A stretch of DNA of 64,000 bases, from positions 1-64,000 of the forward strand of contig NGBS01000007.1 of assembly GCA_002245135.1 (NCBI GenBank), read 5' to 3'. This DNA is from Proteromonas lacertae. Its lineage: Eukaryota. The notes beneath the pieces were generated by a model. That model had not been told where the DNA came from, searched no databases, and worked only from the letters and a program-made list of their open reading frames with translations. Of this stretch, positions 1-13,300 are shown piece by piece. Position 1 is the first letter of the stretch. Each line of letters starts with the position of its first letter. The position numbers were made by a program, and so were the translations under genes.

Positions 1-3000
1 ACTTCATCATCATCAATATATCTACTTGTTAAATTACTAAATTCATCTAAACTACTACCAAATATGAATTCAGGGATTAATAAAACCATTTTTTATTCCT
101 CCATTTGTGTTTATTTCTTGAACTAGCGAATATTCGCGTTAACATTGAGTTTACTTCTACACTTCTAGTTCCTGTTGTATCATGGAAAAATACTAACTTT
201 AATGATTTTGGTCTATATCTTGTGTAATCTTCTTCATCTAATAACCTTGATGATGATGAAGATGTTTCAATTGTCCAATCACATTTATATCCTTCATTCT
301 CAGGGAATATATCATTCCAAGCATCAGCAGCTTCAGGCTGAGATGCATAATCAACCACAGATAAACTAAGATCATTTGACACTTTCACTAAATATATTAT
401 TCTATTGGCAAAACCATCAGTACTCATTTCAATTGTTCCTGATGGACCTACTGATGAGTAACCATACAAAGCGCTTCTAATCTTGACATTATCAAACGAT
501 TTTGTATAAGATGTAATTATATTTGACCATAATGTTACACTTATATATCCATTCTCAGTTTCTGATGTAATAATTGAGTTTTCACCATAACGATCATTCA
601 TCGCTTCAATAAATGATTTACTTGTAGATTTATATGTCATTGTATCAGATGTTTCTAAACCCATTTCTTTAATAAAGGCAGTTAATATATAACTATCAGC
701 TAGACATTTTGCAGGGATATATTCCATTAAATATCTATCTAAAGAAATTGATACAACATATGTTTTTGTCATATTTATATTCTGTTTACACAACCAATTA
801 AACGCTTGAACATTATTTTCTTTAATCACACTTAAAAATATAACTGAATCTTTATCTAAACTTTCAATATCAAAATCATCTGAATATAAGAATCATTTAA
901 ACTACTAAGATTATAAACATGTGTTTGTAATTTTATAGTATCACTCAATATCAACATACTTCTTGAAAACTGAGAACTAAATAGTTCATCATCTTGAATA
1001 ATATATAAATGATTCATATTAGGTAATATATATTTCCAAGCACTTTTCATTAATTGTTCACTAGTAATTTGAGTTGACATCGTATATTTTGGACATGATT
1101 CTGTTGGTGTTTAAACCATTATAGAAGAATAATTTCTTATTATTTTCAAAAATCTCATATACTGAACTACTAATTAATGAATTTCCACCTCCACCAAATA
1201 CTACACTTACTTCAGAAAGTCTACAGAATTCTTCAGCGTAATAAACATATCTTTCTATCTCTGATTGTGCATCTCTTATTAACATTGTAATTTTCCTACC
1301 TATTATTCCGCCACTATTATTAATCTCATCTACAGCTTGGATAATACCTCTTGTTATTGATCTTTCGGTTGTATTGTATTTGCCACTGAATGATGTTAAT
1401 ATACCAATTGTTATTGATGATTCTCTAAATTTATCATAAGCTATATCACCACTTAATTTACATACATATTTTGCATCATTCACCCAATCCTTGTAAGCTT
1501 GAGATTCTATAACTGTAGTAGAACTCATTATCAATTCAAACCCATATTCATCATCATTCTCTATCATTTTTACCAAATAACATATATTGATTTATATAAT
1601 TATCATCTCCCATTGTTAATCTTCCACCACTGGGAGATTTATAATTTAATTCATATAATTTTTTACTCACCAATTGTCCTTTTACACTTTTTACACTTTC
1701 AGCAGCATATATAAATATCTTACTAGATATATAAGCTGTGTACATTACTTCAGTAACAAAATTAGTAACAGATAATATTTCTCTTTTCATTATTTCATTC
1801 TCTGGATTGTCTAAATTAGTAAAATATGTTTCAACTGAATAAAATGGTTTTGCACCTCTATATGCTGCATTTGAAGCAGTATTCAATGAAATTATTGTGT
1901 ATTTATCTCTACTATTACTATCCTTTGTATATTTATCCAATAGTTTATCAACTTGAACATGTATAATAGAATCAGCCAAAAACAATATATAACATCCATA
2001 TGTAGGAGTTGCTGTAACTAATCCTTTCACAATATCTTCAAGTTCTGAGGAAATTGTTGTATCAGAACCATCTTCAGATTAATGCTAATCCACTTGATGA
2101 ATAATCAACTATTCCACCAATAATACTCATGTAACTATTAATATAACTTCCATATTTTACTCCTGCATCACCATTTGCAGTTAAAACGCAATAATGTAAT
2201 GTTTCTGGTTTTTGTTGGTTCAATCAGATAATCAATCACTCTACTTACAAAACTTGGCTCTTTTAACATATAAAACACATTCTTATAGCATTTTTCACCA
2301 CCTGTATAACCAATTTTGGAATAAAAGAATATCTTTCTCTATCAATAATGGACTTAATGAACTAATACAACCATCAGCTGCAGTTGAAAATATTACACCT
2401 TCTTTCACTTGCTTTAAATAATTTGATAATAATTCATAACATACAATATCACTTGATTGAATATCATAGCTTTGTACTGTAACTCTTTTGCCTAATAATC
2501 CATCATTTGTATTTAAAGCATCTAAAACTAATTCAAATACATTCATAACATATTTATCTGTATCTCTTAATCTACCAGATACTGATAAAGCAACAGCTAC
2601 TGTAATAGTTGGAACTACATTACCAGAACCAACAGATGAATCAGTAAAATCACACACTAAACCATTTGTTTCAGGTATATCCCAACTATATGCCAATGGT
2701 TCAAGTATTCTTGTTTGACCATATACATTTGATAAAACATAATTATTACCATCTTTAAGAATTTGCATAACAAAGAATGGTAATGAAAGATGATTATCAG
2801 TAAACATCATTGTAATACCACTACAAGCTTTAAGACTGGCTCTATACAGTTGGTTTGACAATAATTCATTGTTTGTATAATCACCATCTATTTTTGATAC
2901 AGCATTTGACCAATATACTATAGCCAAATATGAACTATGTGCTAATTCATTTCCTTTTATACTTTTACCATAATAATCATCTATATTAGTTCTGAATTTA

Positions 3001-6000
3001 CATTCTGAATTTATTTCGTCATAATATGAACCAGTCAAATAAACATTAACACTTCCTGATAATGTTAAAGAAGGAACTAAATCTCTATCACTTTGAATTG
3101 AAATAATATGAAATCTTTTGTTATTATTCAGTGACAATTTTTGATACTTATCAGCTACTAAACTATCAAAGTAATTGATATAATCAATCGCAGTAACATC
3201 ATCTAATGTTATGATAATTATACATCCATTTTCAATGTGTTTACCTACTATTTCATCTGCATAACTATAAGTTGTACCTTTACCAGATTCTACAAAATCA
3301 TTTCCAATTATTGTATACAACCCTTCATAATTATTAATCAATATCTGATGAATCATTTCATTGGTTTCATCACTTGTTCCTAAGAAATATATTTTCTTAT
3401 CAGATTCAACTTGATCTATAAATGTTGATAATGGTTTTGTAAATAAACTTGGAACTAATCCAGTATAATAGGTATTACTATCACACTCTTGACCTTCAAA
3501 TAATGATGGATACCACAATACTTTTTTAGATTTTCCAGATATTAGCTCTTTATTTATTACATTCTTACAATTTGTATCTGAACAACCAATTATCATTATC
3601 ACATCTTCATCTTTAGCCAATTCTTCACCAATTGATTTAAGATTATTAGAATTTGATGTATCATAAACTGTATAATCTAAATAAGTACCTTTTAAAGTAT
3701 CTCTTTTATTCAAATTCTTAATTGTAGCTATTACAATATCCACTGCATTTAATTCATACTTTTTATTATCACCAGTAATTGAATATAAAAAGGCTATTTT
3801 CTTACTATATCTTGGTATTTTATCACCTCTTATTGTTTTATTATCAACCTTCCATTCACAATAATACAAATTTCCATCATTATTATATTTTGTAGAATAA
3901 GGATTAATATAATTCAATTCATTCAAATGAGTAATTGTTTCTACAGTATGACTGTTGTTGTTTGTATGATAATGAACTTTTACTAAATCACTTATCAATG
4001 ATAATTGATTATTTGTAGTTACTATTGTATCATCAATTATATCACTTAAATTAACATTATGAACAGCATTCAATAATTCTTCAAATGAATATGGAACAAA
4101 TCCTTCTTCACCTGTATCTTCAGTAAAATTTATAGAATTTAAGGCTTTAGCAGCAATTATCACAGATAATAAACCTGAAGAGGATGGTTCTTTATCAATA
4201 AATGTATATTTTTCTTTTGCTATATTATAGACTTCTTGATTCTTAAAATGTGACTTTTGAAGTGTTTCTACAAAATAATGTCCATCAAACAACTCCCAAT
4301 ATTTATTATCATCAATTTCAGTAAGTTTTGTATTAAATGATACGACTGTATATGTATTAGAATCATAATTACTCTCTTTCATTTGTAATAATAAATCTTT
4401 TCCTGCTGATCCTTCTAACAATGATACAATCAATCCTGACTTCATATTACTCACAATGATATTCATCACTACATCCATTTTATAATTTGAAGTTGGTAAT
4501 CTTATCAAATTCTTTACTATTATTCCTTTCTCTTTTAGAAAATATTGAAGATTCAATGCATTTTCATAATCTTTTAAAGTGTCTGAATATAATACTATTA
4601 TATCATCAAATGATTTTTCAGATAAATAAAAATATGCAATTATTGTTATATATTCAGTAAATGGATTTCTCATATATATTACATTCTCACTACATTCATA
4701 TCCTTCAAATGCATATGGAAAAAATAATAACAATTCATTATCATGTAAATCATCTAATACATATCTTCTCATTTTTGAATTTGATAATCCAAATACCACT
4801 CTGTTTCCTGTATCGTTCACAGCTTTTCTAATGAACTCTTTTGCTATATCATTATCAGATTCTGTATTTTGAATTACTGGTAAAATCATTTTGTTGTGTA
4901 TTCCATTATAATGATCATTTACATAATCAACTGCAGCTAAATAACTAAGAAGCAAAGCTGATGAAGAAAATGAAAAAGTTCCTGTAAAGGATATTAAAAA
5001 GTAGAATCTAATTGAATCATAAGTGATTTCATTACCAGTGCCATTGAACCTTGAACAAATTTTATACTCTTCTCTATTAAAATGATTTCTATATACTTCA
5101 GCTTCCCAATTATTCGTAACATTTGATACTACATTGGATGATCCATCTTTATTCTTTTGTAAGACAACAAATGGAAATGGAATACTTGTATCAGTTTTTG
5201 ACATTGTTGTTATGCCAAACGAAGTAGTTAATGAATGATTGCTTAAATATTTGTAAATTCCTAAATTACTAAAATCTACAGTATCAGTATATTCATCAAC
5301 TAATAATTCATAGGCAATGATTGCTCTTGTTTCTACTTTTGGTATTGAATATGATTCACCAAACATATTGATTCCCATATTATATATCTTCGTAGCTGTA
5401 TTTTTATCAGTGTAACATGATGCTAACGAATACTGACCTACATTTCTTACTTTATCAACATCTGGGAATATACTCCAACTAAATATTGGGAAATCTTTAT
5501 GAGCATCTTCTAAACTAGTGTAAACAGTACCGAATATCTTTTGATATTTAATGAAGAATAATTCATAACTTTTCTGGTTTGTTAAATAATTTAAAAATAC
5601 ACCGCCATTGGGTATGTATAATCTATATGAGCTAACAAAATCAGTTATTGAATCTTCTAAAGAATCAGTATCAGATTCATTCACAACTTTATGTTTCTTA
5701 AGATAACCACCTAAACTGGAAATTGTATCTTTTATCATAGTCAATTCATTCTCTGATGTACTGACACTTGTAATTAACATCACATCTGTTGTGTAATGAG
5801 TTAATATATAGGCAATATAAGGGATAATCTTTTGATTTGGAAATGAACCTAATTCCATTCTATAGACATTACAATAATGAATAAAAATATACATTCTATT
5901 ATCACATATATCTCCACTTTTATCAATTATTGATATTAATAGCAAATCTTGTTTTTCTGTTAAGAATTGTTTTTGTTTCTCTAATGAACATGAGGTTATT

Positions 6001-9000
6001 ACTACTGTTGTTATATTTTCAGGATCAAAATCATCACAATAATATTTTGTTAATACCTAAATAAGCAATATAAACAATAAATATCTATATACAATATTAT
6101 AATCTCTTTCATTATAATTGGCTAAATACAAATCCAACAAAAACAGAATTGATTCCTCATTACTATTAATAACTAAATTTATGTTTAATAATTCAGAGGC
6201 AGTTTCTTCTAATTCACATGTTGAAGTATCTCCATCATTTCTCTATAACAAATAAAAACAAAAAATATATATACATAAGCTAAAAATGAAGTCAAAGTCA
6301 TTGGGTTTATGGTTTTCAACAATTTATAGTATTCTCCATTTTGAATTTTTACTAACACATAAGAATTAGAACAAATCATATCATCTCTTACTTTTATTTC
6401 TCCAACTGGTAAATTCAAAACTAAACCTTTAATTTGCCTTTTTAGTTCATCAAAAGTTTCATCTTTTGCTTTTGCAAATGCATTTTTCAGAATCATTAAA
6501 GCAGTATAAATGTTTAAAGTGTGTTCATTCAAAAGATCATCATTATCACCAAATCTTTCAGTAAATTCTGATATAAAATTTTCATTTTCACTATTCGTTT
6601 GACTATCTTTTGTATATGAAACAAAGAATGCATGTCCTTCCCATATTTCTGGATCTACCCATTCAATTAATACATCTAAACTAATAACGGTAAATTTATC
6701 AGATTTCATATTCTTTTCATTCAACATTTCTATAAAATCAGTAGTTTCACTTCCTAACACAGTAAATATCATCAACCTATCAGTGATAATATCTTTCATT
6801 GAATCAGTTATATTATCAAACGAATAAGTAGAATTCAAATAATATCTAGAAGTCTTTAAATCTCTCATTGTATCAGCTGTAATAGCTATTGATTCTCCAA
6901 CACCATGACAAAATGGATTATCACACATAACAATAGCTAATGTCTTTGATTGCGAAAATTGCCAAACAGTTGCTATTGAAGCAAATGCATAATGATTAGG
7001 AAATCTTCCAACTTGAACAATATTTTCATAACATCTCATTCCTTCACTTGGATGAATACTAAAGAGCAATTTATCATGTTTCTTTAATATTGGAGCAAGA
7101 ACATCTCTTTGTCCATTTGTGGTTGTACCAAAATAAGCTAATAAGTTTGGATCATCACTATTCTTTTCTACATATTCTTTCATATCATCAATGGCTGAAA
7201 ATATTTTGGTGGACATTTTCAATAATCTTCCATTTATTCCTTCTTTAATATTAATATAGTCATTTATTATATTATTATAAAGTAAATAATAATTTAAATA
7301 ATGTTGGAAATATGAATCAGTGACATATAAGAAAATAATGTGATAATATGGATAAGATTTACTTACTCCTTCTAACCATTCACATTTAGTACTTACATCA
7401 ATAAATGCATTAGTATACATAACATAAGATGATGATAATTCAACATCTATTCTCTTACTTGCATTATTAACTCTACCAATGTGAAGTTGAGATGAATCTG
7501 TACCTTGCGAGTTCCATTCAACATTCCCACCTGGACCTAACATTGCTGTAGTATATATAATCATTTGGTTAATCTTATCATGATCTAAACTTCTTGCTAA
7601 TCGAACTGCATATAATAACAGTCTAATATTTATGTAACTAAATCCCATTGTTGATGTTATATGTTGTTCTTCATCATAATCTAAATCAAATAGTTCTTGT
7701 TGAAATGTTTTACTTTCTGTTGTATTTAATTCATCAAAATAATATCCAATCACATATGAACCATCATACTATTATAATACATAACAAATACAATATATAA
7801 TACATTTTCCCATTCATTATTGATAATATTTTCATCCAATAGAAATGACAAAACTGGATATGTTTCAGTATCTTTAACAACAGAATGATAATATTTATAA
7901 AACATCTTTTGATAATATCTTTCAACTAAATTTACAACTAAACATCCTTCAGGTAATCCATTCCTTTCAGAACATTGACTTAATATTTTTGTACAAACAT
8001 TCAAAGCTTGTTCTTCATTTACAGCTTTCATTTGTTCATAAACAATCTCCTGAAATGAATCATATTCATTTGTTATATTAATTATAGTGTTTAATGCGTT
8101 TGCTGAGAATAAAGAGTCACTATAAACAATGAACAATCTTTTAGTTGTAACAATATTTGTAAACTCTTGAAGGATGAACTTCCACATTGAATAAATACTT
8201 AATCCTTAAGAAAGAAATTAAAGAAAAATACTTTGCTGTATATTATAAAAAAAATGATATTGGAATCACATTCTTTTTACAGTAATTACTTGCATCAGGT
8301 TTTATTCGAACATATGTATAATCTTTGATATTATTACTTTCAATCATCTCTAAGAAGTTTGTAGCATCTTCAATAGAAGAAGTACTAAACATTGCAATTA
8401 AATTAAACTGTGTTCTGTAATATAAATATTCTTCAAACACTTTTTCAGTACCAACTGATAAATCAATATATAATATTTCTAACCTTCTATTCATAATATA
8501 TCCCTATTAAAGAATAACAATAAAATAATATACTTCCTTGTTAATACTATTCTTTGCTGCTTGAAATGCATATCCTATATTATTATCAGAAATTGTCAAT
8601 TCTTTGATTCTTTCATCTTCACTAAAGAAATTTCTATAAGAAAATAATATAATATTCATTGTATCAGGTTTCATCGATATATTGGATTTTAATTGATTAC
8701 ATATATATTCTTTTGGTAATCCATCAATATATACATAAGATACACCAATTATAGGCTTGAAAGCTTTACTATTCTTCATACTACCTCCTGTATCTATTTC
8801 TCCAAAATCAACTATTCCAATTAATCTATTACCTTCATTTAAACCAACTTCTATTGTTTGATCACCTGCTGTATTTTTATAAATAGTAATATAGTTATTA
8901 TTTCTATATGTATAATACAATATATCACTTCCACTTGAGAAATCATTCAATATTTCTTTTCCTATTGTATAATATAATCGACACATTTCATATAATTGAA

Positions 9001-9899
9001 TAGCAGATAAACTAAAATCTTTATTTGCTAAAGTATCAACAGGATCTTGTGCATTACCTATATCAGTAATTAACTCTGATGGTAGTTCTGTATTTTCACT
9101 AAGAAACCTTGATCCTTTTGCTTCAGATGTTGATAATAATAAATCTCTTGGAACTGTTGGCATATTGATTACAACCACAGTTTGTGAAGATGGAGGTGTG
9201 TAACTATTCCATTCTTTTACTAACTCGACATCAGTATAATAGTTCAATATTGTAACTGCAGATATTTTTGGATTGTTGTTAAAATATTTGTTAATGTCGT
9301 CAAAAAGTTGATTTACTTCAGTTGAAGGTTTATCAAATACAATTATTGGTGTAAGTCTTAAAAAATTTAATACTCTATTCAAATCATTAATCAAGCTTCC
9401 TAATTCCACTTTTTTTGTTGAATCATATGCTATTATTATATTTTGAAGTTGATTTATTTTTCCATTCATTGCTAAATAATATATACAACTATTTATATAT
9501 ACAGAGTAAAATAGACTCTGAAATATCATATCCAAATATGATATTTGAGTAACAAGTGGTATTGGGATATGCTACAGCGTTCCATACATATATACCATAT
9601 TCTACTGCTATTTTATTTATCATATCAAAATCTGCATCTGGTATATAAGCAAAAACAGTGTCAATCTTCTTTGACTGCTGTTCTTTGAATAAAGTTGATA
9701 GTGTACTTTCAGATATATCTATTATTTCCTTATTCAGATTTAAATTGTCAGATTTTGAGATATAGTTGATTAAATACCTCATGTCATCTGGTACATCCTT
9801 ATCAACAACAAAAAGCCTATTTACATCATCTGACAATGCAACAGAAAAATAACATAGAAATATAAAGTAAGATATAACACCAATTTTGTGTAACGACAT
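1..9899 (-). CDS. Giant secreted/membrane receptor with at least 9 tandem AmiC/UrtA-like type-I periplasmic-binding (Venus-flytrap) domains; paralogue of 10352-22005; 3' end lies outside the window
   Basis: ATG at 9899 starts a signal peptide (MSLHKIGVISYFIFLCYFSVALS). ORFs 9489-9899, 8507-9535, 8243-8494, 7750-8187, 6209-7753 and 2295-5945 join through short GT-AG introns (e.g. 9472-9502, 7769-7803). Repeat motifs include ITIGILTSFSG...AVDEINNSGGIIGRKI, FPYAFEGYECSENVIY and YPSLFEGQECDSNTYYTG. Several 1-nt indels lie between about 70 and 2320. No 7TM domain is visible within the window. Confidence 0.85.
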
Positions 9900-10351
9900 T
9901 TTTGAAATTGAAAATAATATTTGGCTTGAAGAATAACAAAAATGACATTACTATTCTATGGTATTATTTTATCATTAGTAATTCACAGGTATATGCAATA
10001 TAACATATTGCAAATTATATAACAAAATTATAATTCTATTCATTCTATAAATAGTTGTAGTGTTAAAAATAGGCAATTACTTTATCAGACAAGCTGTATA
10101 TTCTTTTTATATTTTTTCTAACCCTATTGACATACATTTTTTATATACAATGTTTAATAGTAAAGAAAATGATCTACAATTTCTATGTAATTTTTATTTC
10201 ATTCTATGTATATAAAAGTTAATTTGCAGCAATACCTAATTACTATAATTTGAATTATATACTCACTAATCAACTTACTAAAAAAATAAAAATGTTTCAA
10301 AAACATATTCGTTGTGTGATGTTGTATATAGAAACTATTTTTGAAAATCTA
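9900..10351. promoter_or_regulatory. Putative bidirectional promoter between the two receptor paralogues
   Basis: About 450 bp of AT-rich non-coding sequence between the divergent ATGs at 9899 (-) and 10352 (+). The call is positional; no specific element was identified. Confidence 0.5.
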
Positions 10352-13300
10352 ATGAATAATAGATATTTATATTTGTTTGTAATATTTTGTGTGGAAGTTG
10401 TGGGTATCAAGATTGGTTACATTATTAAAGACGGTTCTTCTTCTGAATTTGAATTTCTTTCTGCATATATATTAAAACTTAACAGTAATCAAAGAGAACA
10501 AATAGAATTAATAAAAATAGATAAAAATAGTAATGATTATATCAAAATCTTGAAAGATCCTGATCTGTCTGTTGCCACATCGTTATGTCAAGAAAATGTG
10601 GATGATAATATGAAAGTTGACCTCGTTAATAACAATGTGGTGTTATGGTGTGCAGATTTAGCAGTAGTTGGTGATTGTAGTCGAGATATGATTAATGGAA
10701 TGTCAGTTACACCATCTTTAGAGCAATGTATAATTATTTGTATAATTTAATAGCCATGTACATACTTGCAACGCAATATCCTCTTAATTTTGCTATTATA
10801 TTGGATAAGGCATTAGTAGTATCACCATTTTACTATGAAAGAATAATTCACTTAATAAAATTCTACAATGGTTCAGTTGTTTTTGACATTCATAATACAA
10901 CATTAACTGCAGACAATTTAGCCAAATACGAAGATAAGTTAAAAGAATATAAAGACGAAGGAGTAACAACTATTTTATTGCACAACAAAATGGATAAAAT
11001 AATGGAAATATTTAATCAAAGAACAGATAAATATTTAGCTCCAAAATATCCTATGTTATTATTAGAGGGTGGATTAACATATGCTGAAATTAGTGCTGAT
11101 AGTAGATATAATAGTAATTATGATGTTGGTAATTTATATATTCGATCTTATCATTCTGAAATTAATAATGAAAAGAATACTCTTTATAAACAAATTCATA
11201 GTAGTGATCCATCTTTTGCTAGTTTAACTGAAAGTAAAGGTGCAGTTTTGTATATATTTATTATTATTATTATTTATAGAACTGGTGTTGTTGATTTAAT
11301 AGGTTATGCAGCTGATCATGTTCCTACAAGTAAGATATACACAATGTTTACTTATTTGTATGATAAACCGTTTGAATTTGCAGGTGGCAATATCATTTTA
11401 AGAACTAATCATATGATGACTTCAACTCATTATATTGGCATTGTCACGAAAGATACAACTAGTGGTGATGTTAAATTAGTATATAAACATATAATTGAAC
11501 CAGATGTTACATTTGAACCAACACAATTTGAGAATGAAATTGTTGAAGTTGGTTGTAATTTTATCAATAACCCTGTAGATGGATCTTATAAACCTGATTA
11601 TTTACCTATTACATTCATGTTAGACATGAGTTTATATCAATCTAAAGTAGTTTATCAATTTATGAAAATGTATTTTGATAATATCAATGCAAATAAGCCA
11701 ATATTAGATAAGATATTATTCCCACTGATGTATAACATACTTGATGGAGCTGAAGCAATTAATAAGAAATTATTAGAAATGATTGACAAATATGACGCTA
11801 GAACAATATTCTTAATGACTTCAGAAGAAGATAGAGTTCAGTTATACACATTTTTAAAGGATTATGATACAGAAATATTCTACATTGGTCCAAATGAAGC
11901 TGAGATTTGTACAAGTGATTTGATATTTGGAGATTTTGTAAATGAAGTTTATGTTGAAGAAATATATAAATATGTTAGGAATATTGGTAAAATAAGAATT
12001 GCTTTAATTGGTAGTCCAATGTCTTATGGTACTCATACAAGGACATTAATAAAAGAATATTTCAATGAACAAGGAATGGATATAAAGATTGTATCTGAAC
12101 AGAATATTCAAAAACCAACAGAATTAGAAGCAAATGTGACTGTTGATTCGTTTATTGAATTGTATGGTTTAGTGAATGATACAGTTGTTATTATTACAGC
12201 AGAAAATGAGTATTTACCATATTTATATAAAGCATTTTATCAAAAAGGTATTAAAACTGCAAATGGTTTTACATTTATTTCATTGAATTTAGATCAATTG
12301 ATTGTAGATGGAGCAGGTAGTGAAAATGTATATAGAAATTTATTATTATTATTATTATATAGTTTAATGGAACAATGTTTATCAGCTACAGTAGTAATGA
12401 AATGAACTCGCAATCATTAGATATATTCTATAAATCATTTTCTGATTTAACTGGAAAAGAAGTACCATTTACACAAACTATTGCTTTTATTTTCAATTTA
12501 GTTTCTATAATTACTGATGCAATATTGTCATCTTCATCTGTTTCACCTGAGTATTATAGAGAATATTTGTATCATACAATCTTAAAAGAACCTTCATATG
12601 GTAAATATGAGATATATTCGAATGGTATTGCTAGAGGTGAAATACATATGTTTCAATTAGATGAGAATAATTTAGCTGAAATTGTTTATTCACCTAATTT
12701 TGTAAGTGAAAGTTATGCATTTGTGAATAAGTCTAAAACTTGTTCTTTTAGTAATGGAATAATGAATGAAGGATATACTGATATTTATTATATTGGAATT
12801 ATCTATAATTTGAATTCAAAAATAGATATTACTACTGTTGATTCGTTAAGTTTAGTTTTAGAATTAATCAATTTAGATGGTGGTTTAAATGGAAGAATTG
12901 TATTACCAGCAACACTGAAATGGATAGTAGGAGATAATGAAGATATGAAGAAAGAAATGGAACATCTATTCAATACAACAAATCCATTATTTGTAGTTGG
13001 AACTGATGATGACAATTCAAAGAAAGTATTATCTCCAATTCTAGAAAAATATGATAAATTATGTTTTTCATTGTTAATTAGTGGAGGTGAAACTGAACAT
13101 CCGAACATAATTCAAATGAATGCAATTCCTAATCAATTATTTTCACTACCATTAATGTATTTTTTACAGAAAACACCAAAATATATCATATTATATGATT
13201 CATCAGTTGATTATTCAAAGAAATTATATGATTATTTGATTCTATATGTTGAAAGTATTAAACAGAATCCTGCCTTTGTTGTTGATGTAGAAAGTAACAA

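Noticed and set aside
10250..10351. Upstream extension of the plus-strand receptor ORF
   Set aside because: The ORF-track start is TTG. ATG 10352 directly precedes the signal peptide and is the more plausible start.
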